From an uncultured Chitinophaga sp. (lineage in GTDB: Bacteria; Bacteroidota; Bacteroidia; Chitinophagales; Chitinophagaceae), in NCBI RefSeq assembly GCF_937898475.1, contig NZ_CALEJS010000032.1, positions 115,841 to 179,840 on the forward strand: a stretch of 64,000 nt of DNA, given 5' to 3'. Numbering within the stretch: the first letter of the stretch is position 1; each line of letters opens with the position of its first letter. The notes below the pieces were generated by a model. The model did not search any database. It saw only the letters and a list, made by a program, of their open reading frames with translations, and had not been told where the DNA came from. Shown here one piece after another: positions 1-7,763 of this stretch. Both the position numbers and the translations under genes were made by a program.

Positions 1-2735
1 TCCAGCTTATCTACCTTCCCTTTTACCGGTACCCCGTTCACTACCACGTTGCGGATATTGCGCTCCACGCTTACGATCTTTGGCCAGCTGTCAATATAGG
101 TATCGTAATACTGGGAAAGGATATCCCGCCCGTATTCCAGCCGGCGCTCAAAAGCTTCCCGGGTAAAGGCTTCCCGGTTGCGCCGCATGTTCCAGGTAAA
201 ATCGCGCAGGAACTCTTCCTTTGAGGGGAAAGTGTTTTGCCCGCCTTCCTGCATTTTTAAGAAGAGCTTTTCCAGCGCATAGTGCACAGAAGAGCCAAAC
301 TCTGTATTCTCTGAACGGCCTGTAGGCACCCGCACCAGGTTTTTATAGAAAAAGCCCAGGGGACAATCCAGGTAGTTGTTGAGGGCTGTTACGTTCATTA
401 CAAAACCAGACAGCAGGGTATCTATGAATTGCTGGTCTACCCGTGCTATTTCCGGGGCCTGGCCTTTTGCATAGTTCAGCAGCTCAAATTCAAACAGCTC
501 ATCTTCAGACAGCGTGATCTTTTCGTCAGGCAGGATGTGCTGATCCAGAATTTCTGTAATAAAAAGGCTGGGCTCCAGTGGCTTACCGTCTTGCCTGAAC
601 TCGGGGTAGCTGATGTACAGATGTTTTTCTGCCCGCGTAATGGCCACATAGAACAGGCGCCGCAGCTCCTGTTCATCTGTAGAGGTGCTTTGGGTAACGA
701 ACACTGTATCCGGAAAGGAGAAACCGCTGTTGTTCTTCTTTTTCTTTTCCCAGAGATGAGAATTGGCACTGGCCAGGAACACATGCTCAAACTCCAGTCC
801 CTTGGAACCGTGTGCGGTGATCAGGTTAATGCCTTTATCATTGCCGGCCACCTGTATCAGCGGCAGCGGAATTTTGTTGCTTTCCATCAGGTCTGCCATC
901 TCCATGAAAGACGTAACCGTCATCTCCGGGTTGCGGCGGGTTTCCTCTTTAATGAAATCAAAGAGCGCCTGCAACACTTTCATGAGCCAGATCTTTTCCG
1001 GAGACTGCATCACGAAGGCCAGTACGCCGCCTTCATTAATGATATTGGCAAACAGCTGTTGCAGTGTAAGGTTATGTGCATCGCGTATCCATTTCTCCAC
1101 CATTTTCCCTACCTGCATCATGGCTTCTGCAGGGGCTTCGGTGAACAAGGTAGGCTTACGTGTGTTCAGCCATTCCTGTAAGTGCTGACGGATGGAAGAT
1201 TTTTGTTCGTATCCTTTTTCTGATACGCGGATACTTACTTTCGCTATCTCTACCGGTGGTATGTTATAAAAATCATAATGCAGAATGGAGAATAGCAGAT
1301 CGTCGCCGCTGTAGGGCGTATCCAGTTCGCAGGCCACATAGCGCAACAGGTTCAGCACCTTGCGTGCAAAGGGCACTTCAAAAAGATTGATACTGCGCTT
1401 TGAGTAAACGGGCAGCCCCTTCAGCCGGAAGTACTGGGCCAGGTCTTCACCATAACGGTTCTCACGGTAGATCACCGCTATCTTACCGGGGTTCACACCT
1501 TGCTCCAGCAGCCTGGTAACAGCCAGTGTAATGCCCGCCATTTCATCGCGGGGGGTATTGTAACGTTGTATTACCGGTAGTATGGATAAGCCGGTAAGAT
1601 TACTGTTACTGGCCACCAGTTCTTTACTGAGGCCCGGCAGCTGGTTTACCAACCTGGATGGACCGTTATTGTCTATGAGCGACATGGATATATCCAGGAT
1701 GGGTTGTACAGAGCGGTAGTTCTGTGTGAGCACAATGGTACGCAGCGTTTCAGCAAAGCTGCCCGCAAACTGTTCCATGTTCTCAATGTTGGCGCCCTGG
1801 AAACGGTAGATACTCTGGTCATCATCGCCCACCACAAACACGTTGGGCAGTTCTTCGCCCCGTATCAGCAGTTCTATCAGGCGGTTCTGCGTACCGCTGG
1901 TATCCTGGTATTCATCTACCAGGATGTATTGATAACGTTCTTTATAATCTGCGAGCAGCTGGGGGTGCTGTTCAAATGCACGGATCACCCAGTTGATCAT
2001 ATCGTCAAAATCATAGCGGCCGGCGGCATGCATCATAGACTGGAACACATCAAACTGTTCTACAGCAGCCTGCAGGCGGGCCATCTTTTCTGCCTCGATC
2101 TCTATTTTGTCTGTACGTACATCCCCCTTTTTGAAGGTTTTGGTAGCGCGTTTGCAGATGTATTCGTCGCGCTCCGGCAAGCTGTCCATATAAGCCTTGA
2201 TGCTGGCGCGGATGTAGTCTACCGTCCAGCCTTCCCGCTTCATGGTAGAGAACAGGGACGCCAGGTTCTTCATATCAAAGTATACATCGCCGCGGTAACG
2301 TTTAAGCGGGTTGTCTTTGGTAAACCCGTCTATCAGTTTCTTCAGCAGCTGTATCTTTTCCAGTTCTGAAATGGGGTCCAGGGCGTTCTTCTCGAACAAC
2401 GCCAGGTTATCCTGGATCACTTCATTACAGAAAGAGTGAAAGGTGTGTATGTTTACACGGTAGGCATCGGGGCCGATAAAGTCTGTTAAGCGTTTGCGCA
2501 TGGCCACGGTACCTGCATCCGTATAGGTAAGGCAGAGAATATTCTGCGGCAGGAAATCGGTATCGCGCAGGATCTTGCCTATACGGGAAGCCAGGATCTG
2601 CGTTTTGCCCGTACCCGGGCCGGCGATCACCATTACAGGACCTTCTGTATTGTCAACAGCTTCACGCTGGCGTTCATTCAGCCGGCTGTAAACATCCTGG
2701 AACCGTTGGTGGTATTGTTGAGAATCGCGGGACAT
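1..2735 (-). CDS. UvrD/REP-family ATP-dependent DNA helicase (C-terminal end lies beyond the window edge)
   Basis: Reverse-strand translation from the ATG at 2733-2735 reads MSRDSQQYHQRFQDVYSRLNERQREAVDNTEGPVMVIAGPGTGKTQILASRIG, which contains the Walker A motif GPGTGKT. The frame stays open to position 3 (it ends ...NIRNVVVNGVPVKGKVDKL), so the ORF runs off the edge and is missing from the track. The + strand ORFs at 429-2369 are antisense shadows. More than 911 codons are visible, which is longer than classical UvrD. Confidence 0.85.
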   Translation of the reverse strand, partial: MSRDSQQYHQRFQDVYSRLNERQREAVDNTEGPVMVIAGPGTGKTQILASRIGKILRDTDFLPQNILCLTYTDAGTVAMRKRLTDFIGPDAYRVNIHTFHSFCNEVIQDNLALFEKNALDPISELEKIQLLKKLIDGFTKDNPLKRYRGDVYFDMKNLASLFSTMKREGWTVDYIRASIKAYMDSLPERDEYICKRATKTFKKGDVRTDKIEIEAEKMARLQAAVEQFDVFQSMMHAAGRYDFDDMINWVIRAFEQHPQLLADYKERYQYILVDEYQDTSGTQNRLIELLIRGEELPNVFVVGDDDQSIYRFQGANIENMEQFAGSFAETLRTIVLTQNYRSVQPILDISMSLIDNNGPSRLVNQLPGLSKELVASNSNLTGLSILPVIQRYNTPRDEMAGITLAVTRLLEQGVNPGKIAVIYRENRYGEDLAQYFRLKGLPVYSKRSINLFEVPFARKVLNLLRYVACELDTPYSGDDLLFSILHYDFYNIPPVEIAKVSIRVSEKGYEQKSSIRQHLQEWLNTRKPTLFTEAPAEAMMQVGKMVEKWIRDAHNLTLQQLFANIINEGGVLAFVMQSPEKIWLMKVLQALFDFIKEETRRNPEMTVTSFMEMADLMESNKIPLPLIQVAGNDKGINLITAHGSKGLEFEHVFLASANSHLWEKKKKNNSGFSFPDTVFVTQSTSTDEQELRRLFYVAITRAEKHLYISYPEFRQDGKPLEPSLFITEILDQHILPDEKITLSEDELFEFELLNYAKGQAPEIARVDQQFIDTLLSGFVMNVTALNNYLDCPLGFFYKNLVRVPTGRSENTEFGSSVHYALEKLFLKMQEGGQNTFPSKEEFLRDFTWNMRRNREAFTREAFERRLEYGRDILSQYYDTYIDSWPKIVSVERNIRNVVVNGVPVKGKVDKL

Positions 2736-2798
2736 TATGTAAAAATACGACCATTTTACGTTATGCGGCCCCGTATAGCGTTCACTAAAAAGTTAAAA

Positions 2799-3791
2799 CT
2801 ACAGGCGGATGTATAGGGATACATTTCCTACTTCATGCTGACGGGTACCTTTTAAGGAGGCGCTCTGTGTTTTCTGCGTATAGGCCAGTATATAGCGGCG
2901 GAACGCAAGGGTAACGCCATAGTCTATTCTGGATACCCAGGGGTTAAGGGTAGCCGTTTTAAAGGATCTGTTAATCTCAAAACGGCTGTTACGCCAGCTG
3001 AAAAGTCCGCCTTCCAGCAGGGCATTGTACAAAGTATACTCCACCGTAGGACGGAGAAATGCATATACCTGGAATTTCTTTTCCTGCAGACCGCTGCCCC
3101 GCGGTATACCGAAATAGGGATTCATATGTCCTGCACGCAGGGTGGCATGTACTGCTGCGCCATCCAGCATCGTTCCGGCGTAACCGGAGGCGCCGCCTAT
3201 CATTTCCAGCGCGGGGCCGGGTTGCCATACCATTTTCTCATAGGTGAAATTGTAGTTGAGCAGCGGCGCATTGGGCAGCTGGTTATCCCAGCCCCTGGGC
3301 CGGGTATAACCCAACACCTTATGAAACCACTTCTGCAGTTCCTCACCAAAGGCCAGGGGCCCCATTACACCCATGATCAGTTCAGACTGCAGGCTGAACT
3401 TTCTTTGTGGATCATAAGAGTCAAGGCCATGGGCCAGGATCAGGGCTGCGGCATAAGAATAGTCATTGGGCTGGTATTTGGGCGTCCTGATGTCTTCGGG
3501 GGTGATCATAATATGCATCAGGCTCCAGTGTGTGGTATTGATGGCATTTTTGCCTGTGCGGGGCAATAACCATTTATCGATAAACCGGGGTGCTGACTGG
3601 CGCTGGTAGAAATAGTCCAGCCGGGTACCATTTGTATAAGATTCATCTGTGCCTTTGCCACGTACATTCATAAAGTCATTATCCTCATAGATACGCAGCA
3701 TCCTGTGAATACTATCTGCAGTAGTGATCACCTGGCTGTTTGCCCTTATAGAAAATAGGATGATTGCCAAAGCAATCATTAATGCTCTCAT
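2799..3791 (-). CDS. Outer-membrane lipid A deacylase LpxR-family (DUF2219-like) protein
   Basis: The ORF is 2799..3797, and I prefer the ATG at 3791 (MRALMIALAIILFSIRANSQ signal peptide). The N-terminal YEDNDF...GTDESYTNGTRLDYFY block and the beta-barrel-like alternating C-terminus resemble the LpxR family as I remember it. Confidence 0.55.
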   Translation of the reverse strand: MRALMIALAIILFSIRANSQVITTADSIHRMLRIYEDNDFMNVRGKGTDESYTNGTRLDYFYQRQSAPRFIDKWLLPRTGKNAINTTHWSLMHIMITPEDIRTPKYQPNDYSYAAALILAHGLDSYDPQRKFSLQSELIMGVMGPLAFGEELQKWFHKVLGYTRPRGWDNQLPNAPLLNYNFTYEKMVWQPGPALEMIGGASGYAGTMLDGAAVHATLRAGHMNPYFGIPRGSGLQEKKFQVYAFLRPTVEYTLYNALLEGGLFSWRNSRFEINRSFKTATLNPWVSRIDYGVTLAFRRYILAYTQKTQSASLKGTRQHEVGNVSLYIRL

Positions 3792-4159
3792 AACCAATCC
3801 GTTTATATCTGGTTCAGTTCATCGTTCGCAGTTGCAGGCAGGTAAACTAACCGTCTGCACTGAAGTTCAGCACAGGCTGGTTATACAGTAGGATGACAGT
3901 TGCAGGTGTATAGGAATCACAACTGACAGCGTTAAAAATGCACAATAACTATGCCCCCGTTGTTGGTCTAAAGGTACGATTTCAGCAAAATAACCTTATA
4001 AATTTTTCCTGTCAGCGTAACATCCGCGTTTGCAAAGCCGTTATAAAACAGTTGTTCTTTTAACCATATTTTTTACTTAATATGCAAACCGTTTCCGTAT
4101 GAAAAACTGATACCCTATAAATACATTTCTTTTTTCTTAACCATTAAACCCAAATTGGT

Positions 4160-4327
4160 ATGCAACCCAACAACCAAGCACAGAAACCCTTCTTTGCGAA
4201 GTTCCTGGAGAACCAGGCCAACGCCAAGGTAACTACCGCCCAACAGGAAGCCGGCCTTACCGCTGAACAGGCTGAAAGCCAGACCACCCTGAAATTCCCT
4301 TCTGACTGGGATGAAGAAGACTGGTAG
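4160..4327 (+). CDS. Graspetide (microviridin-type) precursor peptide 1, 55 aa
   Basis: Hand translation: MQPNNQAQKPFFAKFLENQANAKVTTAQQEAGLTAEQAESQTTLKFPSDWDEEDW*. The leader motif is PFFAKFL (consensus PFFARFL). The core TTLKFPSDWDE is almost identical to the microviridin B core TTLKYPSDWEE. It is below the 60-aa cutoff of the ORF track and lies directly upstream of two ATP-grasp genes. Confidence 0.85.
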   Translation: MQPNNQAQKPFFAKFLENQANAKVTTAQQEAGLTAEQAESQTTLKFPSDWDEEDW

Positions 4328-4402
4328 TCTTCATTGGCAATTCTTATTGTAGCATGGCAGCTATAGCTGCATTTTCTTTAACAATTTAAATCACATTTAA
4401 GT

Positions 4403-4570
4403 ATGCAACCCAACCAAGAACTCCAAAAGCCCTTCTTCGCTCAATTCCTGGAATCACAAGCCAGCAATGCGCAACCGCTTACGTCCATCGTTACCGGTAG
4501 AATTGTAGACCATCCCGGTGATGTAACCCAGAAGTTTCCTTCTGACAATGACGAAGAATGGGATTTCTAG
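4403..4570 (+). CDS. Graspetide (microviridin-type) precursor peptide 2, 55 aa
   Basis: Hand translation: MQPNQELQKPFFAQFLESQASNAQPLTSIVTGRIVDHPGDVTQKFPSDNDEEWDF*. It shares the MQPN start with precursor 1 and has the PFFAQFL leader motif and the core TQKFPSDNDEE. It is a paralogue of precursor 1. Confidence 0.85.
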   Translation: MQPNQELQKPFFAQFLESQASNAQPLTSIVTGRIVDHPGDVTQKFPSDNDEEWDF

Positions 4571-4593
4571 TTCCATAAGACTATTCTGGATAA

Positions 4594-4628
4594 CAAGCAA
4601 TAGCCACCGCGCTATTGCTTGTTTTTAT
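4594..4628 (+). terminator. Rho-independent terminator/attenuator between precursor genes and ligase genes
   Basis: A perfect 11-bp stem, caagcaatagc / gctattgcttg, flanks the loop caccgc and is followed by ttttta. Confidence 0.6.
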
Positions 4629-4638
4629 TAATACCACC

Positions 4639-5613
4639 ATGATACTTTGTATTACCCATTCGCAGGATCATTATACCATTGACCTGGTACAACAGCACCT
4701 GGACAAGCTGGGATACCCTTCCTGGCGCTTTAATTCAGACACCTTTGGTACCAGCTGCAACATTCGCTACACGCTGGATCAGGGGCCTGCCCGGCTGCGC
4801 CTGCATCAGCAGGGCCGCAGCATCCATGCGGCAGACATCAGCGGCGTATGGTACCGCAAACTGTGGGCGCTGAATACCCCTCCCCAACTGGATGCAGCAT
4901 ACCTGCCTGTATTTAACAAGGAATATAATACCACCCTGCATATTTTCCTGGACGCGCTCAGCCATCAGCCCTGGATAAATAAAATAGCGGCTGATCATGC
5001 CGTTTGCAGCAATAAGTTATGGCAGCTGGATGCCGCACAGCAAAGCGGTCTTACGGTACCGGCTACACTTTTTAGCAACCAGGGCGACGATGTACGCACC
5101 TTTTATGAACAGTGCCGGGGCAACATTATTATGAAACTGCACGGCGCCCTTAGCAGGAGCATGAGCGGCAGCGGCGCGTTCTTTCCCACTACACGTGTTA
5201 CCGAAGCTGCCCTTACACAGCTGGATACGCTGGCCTACTGCCCTATGATATTCCAGCAGCAGGTGCCTAAAGCGTATGAGCTGCGTATTGCCTATGCAGA
5301 TGGCGCCTTTTATACCGGTAAGATCAACGCTGTACAGGATGCGAAAGGGCAGACAGACTGGCGCGCGGCCAACGCACAACTGCCCTGGGAGCCCTATGAA
5401 CTGCCGGCCTCCATACAGGAAAGCATATACGTTCTTATGCAGCGGCTGGACCTCAGCTTTGGCGCTATTGACATGATACGCCGGCCCGATGGGGAATATG
5501 TGTTCCTCGAAGTAAACCCCCAGGGCGAATGGGGTATGCTGCAGAAATACCTGGGCTATCCTATTGCAGAAACTATCGCAGAAAAACTCGTAAACAAGAT
5601 TCAACATGGCTAA
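4639..5613 (+). CDS. ATP-grasp ribosomal-peptide maturase (MdnB/MvdC-like, tentative)
   Basis: The track ORF is 4615..5613, and I prefer the ATG at 4639 (MILCITHSQDHYTIDLV, typical of the microviridin ligase N-terminus ...THSQD...). C-terminal ATP-grasp blocks are present: ELRIAYADG, DWR, SFGAIDMIRRPDGEYVFLEVNPQGEW. Its stop overlaps the next gene start. Confidence 0.85.
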   Translation: MILCITHSQDHYTIDLVQQHLDKLGYPSWRFNSDTFGTSCNIRYTLDQGPARLRLHQQGRSIHAADISGVWYRKLWALNTPPQLDAAYLPVFNKEYNTTLHIFLDALSHQPWINKIAADHAVCSNKLWQLDAAQQSGLTVPATLFSNQGDDVRTFYEQCRGNIIMKLHGALSRSMSGSGAFFPTTRVTEAALTQLDTLAYCPMIFQQQVPKAYELRIAYADGAFYTGKINAVQDAKGQTDWRAANAQLPWEPYELPASIQESIYVLMQRLDLSFGAIDMIRRPDGEYVFLEVNPQGEWGMLQKYLGYPIAETIAEKLVNKIQHG

Positions 5614-6598
5614 AGAAAAGGTGATCATATTAACGCATTCGGCAGATAATATATCCGTAGATACCGTCAGCCGGTTTGTAAAAGAAGCCGGCGGCGAAGT
5701 GATACGGTTCAACGTAGATCAGTACCCCCTGCATAACCGGCTCAGCTCTGTTTACCGGAACGGCCAGCAGGAGATAATGCTGGAAAATGAAAGCGGCCTG
5801 CATACTCTGCACGATGCCGCAGGTATCTGGTACAGGCGGAGCTATAACATTGGCAAAGGCCTGGAACAATTCATAGATAAAGAGTTTCTGCCGGCTACCC
5901 TGCAGGAAAGCAAGCGCACCTTATTTGGCATGATAGAAGGCCTGGATATATTCCAGCTGGAAAAATACAGCGTGTACCGCCGGCTGGACAGTAAGGAAGA
6001 GCAGCTGCGTATAGCCGCAGCCTGCGGACTGAACATCCCCGCCACCTGCATCAGCAACGATGCGGCAGTAATACGCCGTTTCATCCGCTCGGTAGATGCG
6101 CCGGTGATCACCAAAATGCAGAGTGCTTTTGCCATCTATCGCGGAGGCGAGGAACATGTGGTATTTACCAACACCGTTGACGAATCTCAGCTGGAGGAGT
6201 TAGACAACGTGCAGTACTGCCCCATGGTATTCCAGGAAAGAATAGAAAAGCAGCTGGAGCTGCGCATCAATATAGTAGGGCATGCCATCTTTGCTTTCAG
6301 CGTTAACTCTGCGGTGTCAGACCGTTCAGCTACCGACTGGCGTAAAGACGGGGCTGCCCTGATAAACAGCTGGGAGCCCTATGAACTGCCCCAGGATATT
6401 CAGCAAAAGCTGCTGGCCTTTATGGATGTATACGGCCTGAACTACGGAGCGATCGATCTGATCCTGTCGCCAGACAACCGGTATTATTTCCTGGAAGTGA
6501 ATGCCGCCGGGGAATATTTCTGGCTGGACAAGCTTTGCGATCATGCCATTTCCCGGCAGATAGCGCATGTACTAACAGGCAAAGCCAGCAGGCGGTAA
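5606..6598 (+). CDS. ATP-grasp ribosomal-peptide maturase (MdnC/MvdD-like, tentative)
   Basis: MAKEKVIILTHSADNISVD..., ITKMQSAFAIY, QYCPMVFQERIEKQLELRINIVG, DWRKDG, NYGAIDLILSPDNRYYFLEVNAAGEYFWL closely resemble the MdnC/MvdD sequence as I recall it. An 8-nt ATGGCTAA overlap with the upstream ligase suggests translational coupling. Confidence 0.88.
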   Translation: MAKEKVIILTHSADNISVDTVSRFVKEAGGEVIRFNVDQYPLHNRLSSVYRNGQQEIMLENESGLHTLHDAAGIWYRRSYNIGKGLEQFIDKEFLPATLQESKRTLFGMIEGLDIFQLEKYSVYRRLDSKEEQLRIAAACGLNIPATCISNDAAVIRRFIRSVDAPVITKMQSAFAIYRGGEEHVVFTNTVDESQLEELDNVQYCPMVFQERIEKQLELRINIVGHAIFAFSVNSAVSDRSATDWRKDGAALINSWEPYELPQDIQQKLLAFMDVYGLNYGAIDLILSPDNRYYFLEVNAAGEYFWLDKLCDHAISRQIAHVLTGKASRR

Positions 6599-6620
6599 AA
6601 CTGATTCAAATAGTGTATTT

Positions 6621-7118
6621 TTGCTATCCATCGTGAATGTCAGAGCATACATAGATAGTGGGGCGGTAGAATGCTATCTGCTTGGCCTGGCCAGCGCGGA
6701 AGAAGAAGCGCTGCTGCAGCAAATGCTGCGTTTATACCCTGAGCTGGAGTCTGAGATAGCTGATACGGCTTACAGGCTGCAGGAAGCGGCTATGGAAGGG
6801 GGCATTCAGCCACCCGGTGAAGTATGGGATAACATTGCCCGCGAACTGCAGCGCGACGAACGGGAAGCCCGGCGGCAGCAACGATGCCGCCGCCAAAGCG
6901 ATGAGCCTGCCTATACGGTGATCAACCTGCAGCAAACACCATCCAACAGGTATATACAGGTCAGCATTTGGTGGCGTTGTGCCTTTATAGCCCTCTGTAT
7001 GCTGGTGATGGCGCTATTGGCCAGCAATATCTATTTTTACCGGAAGTACCATGAAATGGAACAGCGGGTATTACAGCCGCAACCTTCCAGCCAGTCTGCC
7101 CCCGCTTCAACAAAATAG
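6621..7118 (+). CDS. Anti-sigma-factor-like single-pass membrane protein (orphan, RskA-like N-terminus)
   Basis: The N-terminus YIDSGAVECYLLGLASAEEEALLQQMLRLYPELESEI resembles Bacteroidota anti-sigma N-terminal domains. One TM helix is visible (WWRCAFIALCMLVMALLASNIYF). The start is uncertain: TTG at 6621 or in-frame GTG at 6633. No sigma gene is adjacent. Confidence 0.55.
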   Translation: MLSIVNVRAYIDSGAVECYLLGLASAEEEALLQQMLRLYPELESEIADTAYRLQEAAMEGGIQPPGEVWDNIARELQRDEREARRQQRCRRQSDEPAYTVINLQQTPSNRYIQVSIWWRCAFIALCMLVMALLASNIYFYRKYHEMEQRVLQPQPSSQSAPASTK

Positions 7119-7195
7119 CCCGCAGGGATGTTTAATTGGTATATTTCTTGCTTTTGCACTTATCTCAGAAGCTATTAAAATTTAAACCATAACAG

Positions 7196-7699
7196 ATGAA
7201 GATGAGAAATCTTACACTGGCAACATTATGCCTTATCGCAGCATCCCTGTTTGCCGTTTCATGCGCTTCTTCTTCGGGCGCTACCAGCGCTGCTATCTCC
7301 AAGGGCAGTGTTACCGGCAACTGGGTGATAACTGATATCCAGTTCGAGGGAATACCGGAAAACAGTAAAGTAACGGTATTTGATGAGGCTTCCTATAGCT
7401 GCTTCCAGGGCAGTAACTGGGTGTTACCGTCTAACGGTAAAGGTTCTTACACGCTGTCATCCACTTCAGATGGCTGCAATACAGTATCGCAGCCTATTAT
7501 GTGGTCGCTGTACAAACAGGCCGGCGGCACCATGTTCCAGTTCAAGAAACTGTCTGAAGGCATAAAGGCAAAGAACGTAACAGAAGGTTACCGGGTAGAG
7601 TTGAGCTCCGCAGATGGGAACAGCATGGTGTGGAGAGCGCCGGTGAATTTTGAAGGCAAGAGCGCTTACATTGTATATACACTGCAGAAAAGCAGATAA
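7196..7699 (+). CDS. Lipocalin-like-domain lipoprotein, function unknown
   Basis: Signal peptide plus lipobox (LFAVSC). GNWVITDIQFEG is typical of small lipocalin-like lipoproteins. Confidence 0.6.
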   Translation: MKMRNLTLATLCLIAASLFAVSCASSSGATSAAISKGSVTGNWVITDIQFEGIPENSKVTVFDEASYSCFQGSNWVLPSNGKGSYTLSSTSDGCNTVSQPIMWSLYKQAGGTMFQFKKLSEGIKAKNVTEGYRVELSSADGNSMVWRAPVNFEGKSAYIVYTLQKSR

Positions 7700-7721
7700 C
7701 TCAGGTTTTAAGAACACAGAT

Positions 7722-7763
7722 AAAAGGTGAGGTGTACTCAGTACGCCTCACCTTTCATTTTTT
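7722..7763. terminator. Bidirectional intrinsic terminator between convergent genes
   Basis: The long stem aaaaggtgaggtgtac / gtacgcctcaccttt has loop tca and is followed by a T-run on the + strand. It overlaps the last codons of the LysR gene on the - strand. Confidence 0.65.

Noticed and set aside
429-2369. + strand ORFs of 250, 141, 76 and 221 aa inside the first 2.4 kb
   Set aside because: They lie antisense to a continuous UvrD-like helicase frame with a clear Walker A motif. Their translations are low-complexity and Leu/Phe/Cys-rich, with no motifs. They are shadow ORFs.
4082-4102. Mini-ORF ATGCAAACCGTTTCCGTATGA (MQTVSV*) upstream of the precursors, sharing the ATGCAA(A)CC start
   Set aside because: It could be a decayed third precursor copy, but the similarity is limited to about 9 nt. 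There is no PFFAxFL or core remnant, so the evidence is insufficient.
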